Assembly (NCBI GenBank): GCA_902803375.1
Contig: CADCPN010000002.1
Coordinates: 47,530 to 111,529 of the forward strand
Reading direction: 5' to 3'
Source of the DNA: an uncultured Erysipelotrichaceae bacterium
GTDB lineage: Bacteria; Bacillota_I; Bacilli_A; RFN20; CAG-826
DNA length: 64,000 bases
Shown: piece by piece, positions 1-8,587 of the stretch
Position numbering within the stretch: the stretch's first letter is position 1
Layout of the letters: every line of letters begins with the position of its first letter
Made by a program: the position numbers and the translations under genes
The notes under the pieces: generated by a model
Database searches by the model: none
The model's input: the letters and a program-made list of their open reading frames with translations, nothing else
Told to the model about the DNA's origin: nothing

Positions 1-789
1 GAATGCATCGTCTGTCAGAGAATCGACAGGGATGAGTACCCCGATTTCGTCTTCTTTGACGGCGCCGAAGGCTCCGTAAAAAAAGCAGACGTGTCTTCCA
101 TCACCTCGCTTTTCAGCCAAACGGCGCTAGAAGAGAAAGGCATCATGGTCTACGTCATCAACATGGTGGAGAACATGACCACGGAGGCCGCGAACTCTTT
201 GCTGAAGTTCCTGGAAGAACCTCCAGAGAACACCTATGCATTCCTAACCGCCCAAAACGAAGCGAAGATCCTTCCGACCATCATCTCTCGCTGCGAGAAA
301 ATCAGACTTCTCCTCGCCCCTAGAAGCGAGGTCATCTCTGAAGCGGTTGCCCTTGGCGTCGATAAAGGAGACGCGGAAATCCTTTCCTACTTCTATAACG
401 ATGCCAGCCTTGTGAAGTCCAAATCCGAAGGTGAGGACTATCGCAGTGCGAAAAACTGTCTGGATGGCTTCCTTGAAGCCCTCGTCAGCGGTAGAAACTT
501 TGCTAGATTCACAATGGAAAAAGACGTGATTCCAGTTCTAAAAGGCAAATCCGCTCTGCGCTTCTACTTCGATATGGTCGCCTTAGTACTTGAGGACGTG
601 GTCGCTATGAGCCGTGGCTCCGCCATTACCTTGTCCTCATATGCTACAATACTAAAAGAATTAGCCGCGTCCTTGCCTCACATCGAGACGACGCTCGTTG
701 ATGTCATGACCATGCGCAACGAAATCGAATTCAATATCAATCCCGGCCTGCTGCTTGCGCATTTGGTCGACGTAATTACAAGGGAGTAA
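1..789 (+). CDS. holB: DNA polymerase III delta-prime subunit, 5' partial (the reading frame is open from base 1).
   Basis: Frame 1 is open from nt 1 (ECIVCQRIDRDEYPD...). The ISRCEKIRL box is typical of the clamp-loader delta' C-terminal region. The stop codon overlaps the RBS/start of the next gene. Synteny holB-ricT-rsmI is conserved in Firmicutes. Confidence 0.65.
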   Translation, partial: ECIVCQRIDRDEYPDFVFFDGAEGSVKKADVSSITSLFSQTALEEKGIMVYVINMVENMTTEAANSLLKFLEEPPENTYAFLTAQNEAKILPTIISRCEKIRLLLAPRSEVISEAVALGVDKGDAEILSYFYNDASLVKSKSEGEDYRSAKNCLDGFLEALVSGRNFARFTMEKDVIPVLKGKSALRFYFDMVALVLEDVVAMSRGSAITLSSYATILKELAASLPHIETTLVDVMTMRNEIEFNINPGLLLAHLVDVITRE

Positions 790-794
790 GACCC

Positions 795-2060
795 ATGAGT
801 GAAAATAACGATACCTATTTCGTAGGCATCCGCTTCAGAGGAAGCGATAAATCCTACTACTTCTCCACAACCTTCAATGATCTCAAGATCAATGATTTGG
901 TTATGGTCGAAACCGTCTCCGGTTTGGAGATGGGCACGGTCTGCACCACCCCGGTCAGCACCGCCAACTATCACAGTGAACTTGCGCTTAAGCCAATTTT
1001 GCGTAAGCCGACCCAAGCTGACCTCGACGACTATAACTTTGCCATTGCCCAAAGCAAGAAGGCATTGCTAATCGTCCAAAAGGAAGCCAAGAAGCTTGAC
1101 CTTCCGATGGACTTCCTCGATGCGGTTTATAACCTAGAGGGCACCTACGTCACCATCACCTACACCTCCCCGGAAAAACGTGTCGATTTCCGTGAATTAC
1201 TCCGCAAAATCGCCCCGCTTTTGAAGGCAAGGGTCGAATTGCGCCAAATTGCATCCAGAGATAAAGCCAAAATGATCGGCGGTCTTGGCATCTGCGGTTT
1301 GCCGCTATGCTGCTCCACCTTCCTTAACCAGTTCGAGGGAATTTCCATCGCTAAGGCGAAGAACCAGATGCTCACCCTCAACATCCCGAAGCTCTCCGGA
1401 CCTTGCGGCAAGCTTATCTGCTGCTTGGCGTTCGAAGATGAAGTCTATACCGAAGCAAAGAAGGAATTCCCGCGCCTGGGCTCCGTCGTTCATCTAGAAG
1501 AAGGCGACTACACCGTCGATTCGATGAATATCATCTCCCGCAACGTCCGCCTCGCCAATTCCGACCGCAGCGACTTCAAGACCGTGAGCCTTGAAGACTA
1601 TCGTGCCATGGTCAACGGCACCTACAAACCGAAGATTGAGGTTATCAAGGCCCAGGAATACTCCTTGCCGGATTTTCACATTGCCCCCGCTGAATCTTTC
1701 GAGCGTGATGAAAAGGAAAACAATACCGCACGCCGCGATAATCGCAACGAACGCAGCAATAACAGCAACGGCAACCGCCGCGATGGGCATAAGAACGGCA
1801 GTAACGACCGGCATGACAGTCGCGAAAATCGCCGCAACGACCGCAACGATCGTAATGACCGGCGCAATAACGGCGGAAATAATCAAAACCGCAACCAAGG
1901 TAAGCAGCCTAACGGCAATAGCTCTCAGAACCGTCAGGGTGGTCAGAGCAACCAGAGGCAGGGAAATGGTGGGCACCACCATAACCACGGCCATAATCGT
2001 CCCAATAACCTCAACCGTGGCAATGGTGGAAATAAACCTGCCGACGGAGGCAATAAATGA
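795..2060 (+). CDS. ricT: PSP1-domain protein RicT/YaaT with a ~130 aa Asn/Arg/Gly/His-rich low-complexity C-terminal tail.
   Basis: Cys cluster GICGLPLCCSTF...LSGPCGKLICCLAFE is the PSP1 C-terminal domain signature. The tail is RRDNRNERSNNSNGNRRDG...HHHNHGHNRPNN. A 4-nt ATGA overlap with rsmI indicates an operon. Confidence 0.8.
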   Translation: MSENNDTYFVGIRFRGSDKSYYFSTTFNDLKINDLVMVETVSGLEMGTVCTTPVSTANYHSELALKPILRKPTQADLDDYNFAIAQSKKALLIVQKEAKKLDLPMDFLDAVYNLEGTYVTITYTSPEKRVDFRELLRKIAPLLKARVELRQIASRDKAKMIGGLGICGLPLCCSTFLNQFEGISIAKAKNQMLTLNIPKLSGPCGKLICCLAFEDEVYTEAKKEFPRLGSVVHLEEGDYTVDSMNIISRNVRLANSDRSDFKTVSLEDYRAMVNGTYKPKIEVIKAQEYSLPDFHIAPAESFERDEKENNTARRDNRNERSNNSNGNRRDGHKNGSNDRHDSRENRRNDRNDRNDRRNNGGNNQNRNQGKQPNGNSSQNRQGGQSNQRQGNGGHHHNHGHNRPNNLNRGNGGNKPADGGNK

Positions 2061-2920
2061 TTAAGCGCGAGCTTAATTTCGAGGGCACCTCCCCTCTGCT
2101 TTATCTCATCGCCACCCCAATCGGCAATCTCGATGAGATGACTCCGCGCGCACTGGCCGTTTTGAAAGAAGCGGATTACCTTGCCGCGGAAGATACCCGT
2201 AATTCCGGCAAATTGATGGCCCACTTCGGCATCGATAAGCCTTGGATTTCTTGCCACGAGCATAACGAACAAGAGGCAGGCGAGAGAATCGTCTCCCTTC
2301 TCCTCTCTGGCAAGAAAGTCTGCTACATGTCCGACGCCGGTTACCCGACGCTTAGCGATCCTGGTCAGCGCCTCGTCGCCAAATGCCTAGATAACGGCAT
2401 CAAGGTCTCCGTCACCAGCGGTCCTAGCGCCGCCATCGACGCCCTTGCTTGCTCTGGTCTTGATAGCGATCACTTCTACTTTCAGGGATTCTTATCCCCG
2501 AAGGAATCAGAAAGGGCAAACGAGCTAAGAAAGCTCGCTGCTCGCGATGAGACCATCATCTTCTATGAATCCCCGCACCGCATCACCAAGACCCTTGTGG
2601 CCATGGCTGCTGGGCTAGGGGATAGAAGAGCGGTCATCGCTAGAGAGTTGACCAAAGCCCATGAGGAATTCATCCGCGGCACGCTCTCCGAACTTGCCCT
2701 AGAGCCGGAAGAGTCATTACGCGGTGAGATGGTTATCATCGTCGAGGGCAAAGCCAAGGAGCTTGATGCCGAGAAGAGTGATAACGATATCGCCTCCGCG
2801 CTTAAGGCCGAACTAGACCTTGGCCATTCCGGCAAGGAAGCCGTCAAGAACGTCTCCGCTAATCTCGGCGTTGCGAAAAACCGCGTTTACACGGTTTACG
2901 TCGAATCGTTTAAGAAGTAA
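2057..2920 (+). CDS. rsmI: 16S rRNA (cytidine1402-2'-O)-methyltransferase.
   Basis: N-terminus LYLIATPIGNLDEMTPRALAVLKEADYLAAEDTR is the classic RsmI tetrapyrrole-methylase-fold motif. Length 287 aa. Confidence 0.9.
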   Translation: MIKRELNFEGTSPLLYLIATPIGNLDEMTPRALAVLKEADYLAAEDTRNSGKLMAHFGIDKPWISCHEHNEQEAGERIVSLLLSGKKVCYMSDAGYPTLSDPGQRLVAKCLDNGIKVSVTSGPSAAIDALACSGLDSDHFYFQGFLSPKESERANELRKLAARDETIIFYESPHRITKTLVAMAAGLGDRRAVIARELTKAHEEFIRGTLSELALEPEESLRGEMVIIVEGKAKELDAEKSDNDIASALKAELDLGHSGKEAVKNVSANLGVAKNRVYTVYVESFKK

Positions 2921-2921
2921 A

Positions 2922-2940
2922 AACGGATACCGTTTCCAAA
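2922..2940 (-). terminator. Hairpin aaacgg-ata-ccgttt followed by a T-run on the minus strand, read as the terminator for the YfhO-like operon.
   Basis: Perfect 6-bp inverted repeat. On the minus strand it is followed by TTTTTAC. It lies 5 nt beyond the YfhO-like stop codon. Confidence 0.4.
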
Positions 2941-2944
2941 TAAA

Positions 2945-5900
2945 CTACTGAGAGACCGTTAATTCGGTCTCTTTTCTTTTGCGTTTCACTTCCCCACGGA
3001 AAGAAACAAAGAGATAAGCAGAATAGCCCAGGATTCCAAAGATGCTTAGCAAGACGCCGGTCTTAAGCTTCGGGGTCTCGTAGACGAGATGATAGCTAAC
3101 CTTGCCCTTAGGCGCGACAAAACCGGTGAGGCCACCATCAAGGCGGAGCATCTGGCAATTCACCCTAGAGCCATCCTCTTTCTCAGCATAGGCATGCCAG
3201 CCCTCATCGTAGCCCATCTGGGTCTTAACGATGGTAGAGGCCTCGTATTCGGTGTGGAAAGAATAGCCATTGGTGATGGCTTTGACGTCTTTCAAAGCAG
3301 TGCTTCTTAAAAACGCCGCCTTCTCATCCATTTTAGCCTTCGGAACAATTGTGAATTGATAGTCGCTAGGATTCACAGAAGAGGTCGCGCCGGCGGAATA
3401 AGGCCAAATAAAAGCGATGGTTTTGACTTCTCCGGTGGCATAAAGGCCAATAGAGGAGCTTCTGCCTGCCCACCAGGCATTTAATCCAGCGGCAGCAACG
3501 TTGCCAAGGGTAGAGGCGTCGTAGCAAACGAGGCGGTCGTTGGCGTCGAACATCATGACCTTCGGCTGGGAATTGAAGCTGCTCTCGGTGATGTTGGTGT
3601 GATAAGTGAGCTGGAAATAGGCGCCATCTTCATCACAGAAAGAGGTGCCGTCATTTTTGGTGACAACGATATGATCGATGCCTTTCTTTGCGGTGGTGGC
3701 GGAGGTGAATTTGGCAGTGGCGCCATGGTGCTTGATGAAATAACCAGTGCCTTCAGAGCCATAGGGCTGGCCTTTATTCGGGAAGAGACGATCGCCTTCC
3801 ACAAGCGGCTCGTACTTATAGAAGCTCAAACCGCTGCTATAGGAAATTGTGGTAAGGCCAAAAGGATTGCCGCCGACCGTGGGGGCGGTAGCGTAGGCAA
3901 ACTCCTCAGGGAGAGTGACATCGTCATCGATGATGGCGCCGCTGACTAAGACCTCGTTCATGCGAAGGCTTTGTCTATGGGCATTATAGCTGCTTGGGGA
4001 GCGGGAGACCCAATCGGAAGAATAGGGGTTATCCTCATCGACGTTCATACGGTAAAGCATTGAGGGGTCAACGCCGTGTCCAAGGACGGGGAGATGATCT
4101 TCATCAACGCGATAGACGCGGTAGCGGTTGCGATCAGAGGAGGCTTCCTCGATTTCGCTCGCGCCGAAAGGAACGTTTTGGCCAACCCATTCATAGCGGT
4201 TGTCCCAATGGTTCTCCGTGACGTAGTAGCGATAGCCAAGGGCGACGTCCATGCCATATCTTCTATTGCGATAAGCGGCGCTCCAGCCATAGTTAACGAA
4301 GGTCTTCTCACCATAGGTGCCATCTTTCCCAGAATAGATAGAAGGCGGACACATCATGTAGTTCATGTATGCGAAATCCGTATCGGCATAGCTGATAAGA
4401 GAATGGAAGGAAGAAGAGCCAGCGGCGCCGGCAGCATATTGGAAGTTATTGGTGCCTTTGCCCTGGTCGAAATAGACGCGATAGTTAAGGTCACCCTGCT
4501 TCTTGATAGCCTCATTGGCGTAAACGGCAGAGGAGAGGTTCTCGCTTCCGCCCATGTAGGAGTTTTTGATCGACCACAGGCCATTGTAAAGGAAAGTCAT
4601 GTTTCCCATGACAATGGCCTCGACGGCAATGAAACCAAATAAGACGTGATCCAGCCACTTCCTGCGGTAGCCAATGACCATGATGACGCCTTCGACGCCA
4701 ACAAGGATCGCCTGGTAATAGAGATACCAATTCCTGGCTAAGCCGGAAATGGCTTCATCCGGCATGGAATAGCTAGTCGGATAATAGGTGACGTGGGTCA
4801 CGCCGCTGAAGGTCTTATCCTTCAACATCCAATAGATGCTGCAATAGGCAACGATGGTCAAGACGAGGGAAACAAGCGTGCCGGCAAAAGGAATCCAGCG
4901 CGGGCTGTCTTTGCGCTGGTCATAGGCCCAGCAGCCATAATAGACGATGGATGGAACCAAGACGAAATACCATCTGCCGTAGCCATTTCCGGAGAATGCG
5001 AAGAAGAAATAGTAGGCAAACGTCGTGAATAGGCAGAGCAAGCAGAAGAAAATGGCGACGATGTGGCTCCATTTCTTCTCTTTCAGAGAGAAGATGATGC
5101 CCTGGAAGAATAAAACAACGAAGGGCGTGTAGCAGAAAATACTGGCAGTCCAGGCATCATAGGTGGTGCCGGTGCTCTTAAGCAGTGGCAAAGCGGTGAA
5201 GCCGCCGGTCGGGAAGAAGAAAGAGATATAACCCATGATTTCGCGGCCTGGATTCTCGCCGACTTCGAGGAAGAAATAATAGAAGGCAGTTTTTAGGTCT
5301 CCCGCCTTTAGAGAGGATAGGAAAGCAGAAAGGTAGGCAGAGCCAATAGAGGTGGTACGACCAGTTAGGGAGCTCATGCGGAAGCTGGGCAGTAACACCC
5401 AAGCCCCAAGCAATAGCCCAAGGGCAAAGCCTCCTACGCCCAAAGAGATAACCTTAAAGTTATCAGCCTTATTCCTTTCCTTGATGGTGAGGAAATAGCG
5501 CCAAACGGCATAGATGACACCCCAGATGCAAATGGTAACGACGAGGAGGAAGCAAGAGAGCATCATCAAGAACAAGCCCCAAACGAGGCAGGAGATCTTC
5601 TTCTCCTTGATGGTCTTCTCAATACCCAAAAGAACAAGCGGAACATAGGTGAGGGCGCTGACGAACGTCGGGAAGCCCACCATGAAGTTCATGTAGCCGC
5701 TGAAGCCGATGGCAAGGGCGCCGAACCTGGCCGCGCCTTCGCTGATGCCGCGATAACGCAAAAACGCCTTCGCAAAGAAGACGGCCATCGTGATTTTGAT
5801 GATGGTCGAGAGGGCGAAAAGCTGGGGGACCCAGCTTCTTGGGAATAGCGACATCACGAGTGTGAAGGGATCAAACAGGCCATAGTATGCATTGGCGCCG

Positions 5901-6223
5901 ATATTGTCTTCGCCCAGGAAGGTAACCTCGCTCCAAAGCGGGAAGCTGCCCGTGGAGAAGAAAGTTCTCCACACGTCATGATAATGCTGTGCGAAAGGGA
6001 GGTACTGGTGGCTATAGTCCCAGTTCAAAGCCATGGAAAAAGAATTCTCGATTAAGCCATATCCGCACCAAGCAAAGCCGATGAGAACGACGACTAGACC
6101 GAAATAAAAATCGCTCTTCCAAGAGAAGAGGAAGGGGAAATGAAGTCTCCACCACGCATTGGTGAAGGCTTTTTCCTTTCTAAAGCTGCTAAGTCCTCTA
6201 TTCTCGCTAATTTGCCCGCTCAT
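2945..6223 (-). CDS. YfhO-family polytopic membrane protein, a putative glycosyltransferase/flippase-like teichoic-acid glycosylation protein. It has a large extracytoplasmic C-terminal domain.
   Basis: N-terminal block DYSHQYLPF..TGSFPLWSEVTFLGEDNIGANAYYGLFDPF matches the YfhO-family conserved pattern (aromatic-Q/H..GxFPLW..G.P..A). About 14 TM segments are followed by a ~600 aa soluble region. Length 1092 aa. Confidence 0.6.
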   Translation of the reverse strand: MSGQISENRGLSSFRKEKAFTNAWWRLHFPFLFSWKSDFYFGLVVVLIGFAWCGYGLIENSFSMALNWDYSHQYLPFAQHYHDVWRTFFSTGSFPLWSEVTFLGEDNIGANAYYGLFDPFTLVMSLFPRSWVPQLFALSTIIKITMAVFFAKAFLRYRGISEGAARFGALAIGFSGYMNFMVGFPTFVSALTYVPLVLLGIEKTIKEKKISCLVWGLFLMMLSCFLLVVTICIWGVIYAVWRYFLTIKERNKADNFKVISLGVGGFALGLLLGAWVLLPSFRMSSLTGRTTSIGSAYLSAFLSSLKAGDLKTAFYYFFLEVGENPGREIMGYISFFFPTGGFTALPLLKSTGTTYDAWTASIFCYTPFVVLFFQGIIFSLKEKKWSHIVAIFFCLLCLFTTFAYYFFFAFSGNGYGRWYFVLVPSIVYYGCWAYDQRKDSPRWIPFAGTLVSLVLTIVAYCSIYWMLKDKTFSGVTHVTYYPTSYSMPDEAISGLARNWYLYYQAILVGVEGVIMVIGYRRKWLDHVLFGFIAVEAIVMGNMTFLYNGLWSIKNSYMGGSENLSSAVYANEAIKKQGDLNYRVYFDQGKGTNNFQYAAGAAGSSSFHSLISYADTDFAYMNYMMCPPSIYSGKDGTYGEKTFVNYGWSAAYRNRRYGMDVALGYRYYVTENHWDNRYEWVGQNVPFGASEIEEASSDRNRYRVYRVDEDHLPVLGHGVDPSMLYRMNVDEDNPYSSDWVSRSPSSYNAHRQSLRMNEVLVSGAIIDDDVTLPEEFAYATAPTVGGNPFGLTTISYSSGLSFYKYEPLVEGDRLFPNKGQPYGSEGTGYFIKHHGATAKFTSATTAKKGIDHIVVTKNDGTSFCDEDGAYFQLTYHTNITESSFNSQPKVMMFDANDRLVCYDASTLGNVAAAGLNAWWAGRSSSIGLYATGEVKTIAFIWPYSAGATSSVNPSDYQFTIVPKAKMDEKAAFLRSTALKDVKAITNGYSFHTEYEASTIVKTQMGYDEGWHAYAEKEDGSRVNCQMLRLDGGLTGFVAPKGKVSYHLVYETPKLKTGVLLSIFGILGYSAYLFVSFRGEVKRKRKETELTVSQ
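2951..2982 (+). terminator. Rho-independent terminator for rsmI. It overlaps the last 8 codons of the convergent YfhO-like gene.
   Basis: gagagaccg-ttaattc-ggtctc stem-loop followed by TTTTCTTTT on the plus strand. Confidence 0.4.
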
Positions 6224-6585
6224 TCTTCGTCTGCTTTTTGCCCATCCGCAGAGGTTTCATTATCTTCCGGGTCGGGAGATTGCAAACCCACGGTGTCGCT
6301 AACGGGGATTGCAAAAGCGATTCCCTGTCCCTTCGTGTCCATTCCCGCGCCCTCATTCACGGCAAGGAGAACCTTATCGCGAATAGACCTCGGAACCAAA
6401 ATTATAACAATTTCCTTTTCAGGAGTAACGGCTACGCCGAAGAACTTTTCCACATCGGGACTGCCAGTGCCTCTAGCAGAGATAACGGTGCCGCCTCGAG
6501 CACCCGCTTGTCTAGCGGCGGTCATGACCAAATCCGTAAAGCCCCTGTTTACGATGCAGATAATGGATTCAAATGGTTCGTTCAT
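6220..6585 (-). CDS. PII-like (GlnB-fold) small signalling protein.
   Basis: 121 aa. Segment IVNRGFTDLVMTAARQAGARGGTVISARGTG resembles the PII-like proteins that accompany DUF1538 membrane proteins. ATGA overlaps with both neighbours. Confidence 0.55.
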   Translation of the reverse strand: MNEPFESIICIVNRGFTDLVMTAARQAGARGGTVISARGTGSPDVEKFFGVAVTPEKEIVIILVPRSIRDKVLLAVNEGAGMDTKGQGIAFAIPVSDTVGLQSPDPEDNETSADGQKADEE

Positions 6586-7004
6586 TGCTTTTTACCTCTG
6601 TGGAATAGACCTTTCTTCTCTTTTTTGGGTAGCGGCTTCTCAAAGAAGCGGTTATTGGAGAGCATCTTGTAGATCGATACCGCCATCACGGCCGTGATCT
6701 TCACGGAATAAGCAATTCCTTTCGCCATTTGCGAGACCGCGAACCTTTCTTCTAGAGTCTTCTTAACAATCGGCCAGCGGTCCTCGCGGATGATGGAATG
6801 AACCACCGTCTTTCTTCTATCGCCCGAGCCGGTGACTTCATAGAAATCATTGCTGGCCGTGCCACGGCCGTGGCTGAGGTAGCAGGCGTAGGCCTCATTG
6901 GCCTCAAAGATATCCGCGATCGATTCGCCCTGGCCCTCATTCACGATGACCGTAACGAAAAGCAAGGGGTGGATTCGATGGGTTCTGTCGTAATCTTTCG
7001 CCAT
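6582..7004 (-). CDS. Second PII-like protein, a paralogue of the downstream one.
   Basis: 140 aa. Segment VIVNEGQGESIADIFEANEAYACYLSHGRGTA is parallel to the motif in 6220..6585. A 1-nt overlap with the DUF1538 gene indicates translational coupling. Confidence 0.5.
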   Translation of the reverse strand: MAKDYDRTHRIHPLLFVTVIVNEGQGESIADIFEANEAYACYLSHGRGTASNDFYEVTGSGDRRKTVVHSIIREDRWPIVKKTLEERFAVSQMAKGIAYSVKITAVMAVSIYKMLSNNRFFEKPLPKKEKKGLFHRGKKQ

Positions 7005-8572
7005 TATGCCTCTGCCTCCTCTTCCATAAAGTGAATGACCTGCGCATCGTCTTCTTCCACAATACGCTTTCTCGCCTTAGCCAAGGCATTTGCTTTCTTG
7101 ATGCCCGAGACCAAACCCAGCGCCTGTAAGACAATCAACGGCATCATCGCCACCATAGCGACGAGGCCAAAGCCATATAGGTAAGGGTCGCTGCCCCTAG
7201 AGACCGCAAAGCCGATGCAGAAGGGCAAAACGAAAGTCGAGGTCATCGGACCTGAGGCGACGCCGCCGGAATCGAATGCCATTGCCGTATAGATCGGCGG
7301 GACGCAGAAGCTAAGGACAAACGCGAGGATATAGCCGGGAATCAGGTAATACATGATGTCGAATTCGAAATAGGAACGTACTAAGTGCAATGCGACGGCC
7401 GCGCCGATTGAAGCGGCCAGGATAGCCAAAACCGTGCCCTTTTTGATAGTGCCGTCGGTAATGTCTTGAATCTGCTGAACCAAGACATGGACAGCGGGTT
7501 CGGCTAAAACGCCGAATACGCCAAATAGGGAGCCAAGGATTAATGCGAACGGGAAGAACTTAGGGTCGCTACCAAAACTCATGCCCACCTTCTGCGCAAT
7601 CGGCATGAAGCCGTATTCGACCGCAGAGAGGAAGAGCACCAAGCCAAAATAGGTGTAGACCATGCCTAAAGTCACGCGGAGCACCATACGCCAAGAAAGG
7701 CGGATAAAAAGCAACTCGTAGACGATGAAGAACAGCAAAATGGGAACGACGCTCAAGGCGACGTTTTTAAGCGAATGAAGAAGGCCGTGGGCAATCATTT
7801 CGCCAAGCGAATCCGACGCCAAGGAAATGGAATAGGCATCGGGAAGGGCCTTGCCAGAGGCCTTCATGATACCGGCGATGATAATAACCGCGAGCACAGG
7901 CCCGACGGAGCAAAGCGCGGTAAGGCCAAATGCGTCTTCAGAGTTCTTCGAGCCATGGGTCGCAGCTAAGCCCAAGCCAAACCCCAACAGGAATGGAACG
8001 GTGACAGGGCCGGTGGTGACGCCGCCGGAATCGAAACAAATGGGCAGGAAGCGAGGATCGATCAAATACACCAGGGTGAAAGCCAAACCATAGAAGGCTA
8101 AGAACAAGGTGTTAAGGTTCATCTTGAAGAAGACACGGAGGACGCCAATTACCAAAAACGCGCCGACGCCGACGCCAATCGTCCAGACGATGACCTGTTC
8201 ATCGACGCCAATCTGCCCGGAAAGGACGGCCAAATCAGGTTCGGCAATCGTGACGAGGACGCCAAGGATGAAGGTCATGGCGATGACGAAGAAGAAATTT
8301 TTCTTCTTTACCAAAGAGCCGCCGATAAGCTCGCCGATCTCGGTCATTGATTGTTCAGTGCCTACGTTGAATAGGCCCATGCCCAGGATGATGGAGGCGA
8401 CGGAGATAAGAAAAGCCCAAAGCTCATTATTCGAGATGTAATACTGTTCCTTAAACGAGCCTTGGAGCCCATATTTTTGCACGAAAAAGAAGGCAAAAAT
8501 TAATACGGCAATCGGCGCAGTGCTAATGGCCGACTCCTTGAATTTAGTGAGCCAGTAATTAACTTTCGTCAT
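7004..8572 (-). CDS. DUF1538-family membrane protein with an internal duplication (two homologous halves).
   Basis: 522 aa and about 12 TM segments. The motif FDSGGVTTGPVTVPF in the first half recurs as FDSGGVASGPMTSTF in the second half. It is adjacent to two PII-like genes, a known but uncharacterised association. Confidence 0.55.
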   Translation of the reverse strand: MTKVNYWLTKFKESAISTAPIAVLIFAFFFVQKYGLQGSFKEQYYISNNELWAFLISVASIILGMGLFNVGTEQSMTEIGELIGGSLVKKKNFFFVIAMTFILGVLVTIAEPDLAVLSGQIGVDEQVIVWTIGVGVGAFLVIGVLRVFFKMNLNTLFLAFYGLAFTLVYLIDPRFLPICFDSGGVTTGPVTVPFLLGFGLGLAATHGSKNSEDAFGLTALCSVGPVLAVIIIAGIMKASGKALPDAYSISLASDSLGEMIAHGLLHSLKNVALSVVPILLFFIVYELLFIRLSWRMVLRVTLGMVYTYFGLVLFLSAVEYGFMPIAQKVGMSFGSDPKFFPFALILGSLFGVFGVLAEPAVHVLVQQIQDITDGTIKKGTVLAILAASIGAAVALHLVRSYFEFDIMYYLIPGYILAFVLSFCVPPIYTAMAFDSGGVASGPMTSTFVLPFCIGFAVSRGSDPYLYGFGLVAMVAMMPLIVLQALGLVSGIKKANALAKARKRIVEEDDAQVIHFMEEEAEA

Positions 8573-8587
8573 AATAGAAACAAGAAC

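Noticed and set aside
1494-2064. ORFs 1494..1994 (-) and 1591..2064 (+) overlapping the ricT tail region.
   Set aside because: Alternative-frame readings of the repetitive Asn/Arg-rich codon repeats (they give Val/Ala/Ile-rich or Thr/Ala-rich pseudo-proteins). The PSP1 frame is continuous and carries the conserved domain.
3089-4642. Several plus-strand ORFs (3089..3310, 3599..3949, 3994..4221, 4076..4642) inside the YfhO-like gene.
   Set aside because: They lie antisense to a long, motif-supported minus-strand CDS. Their compositions are Gly/Arg/Asp-rich and not protein-like, as expected for shadow ORFs in GC-moderate coding DNA.
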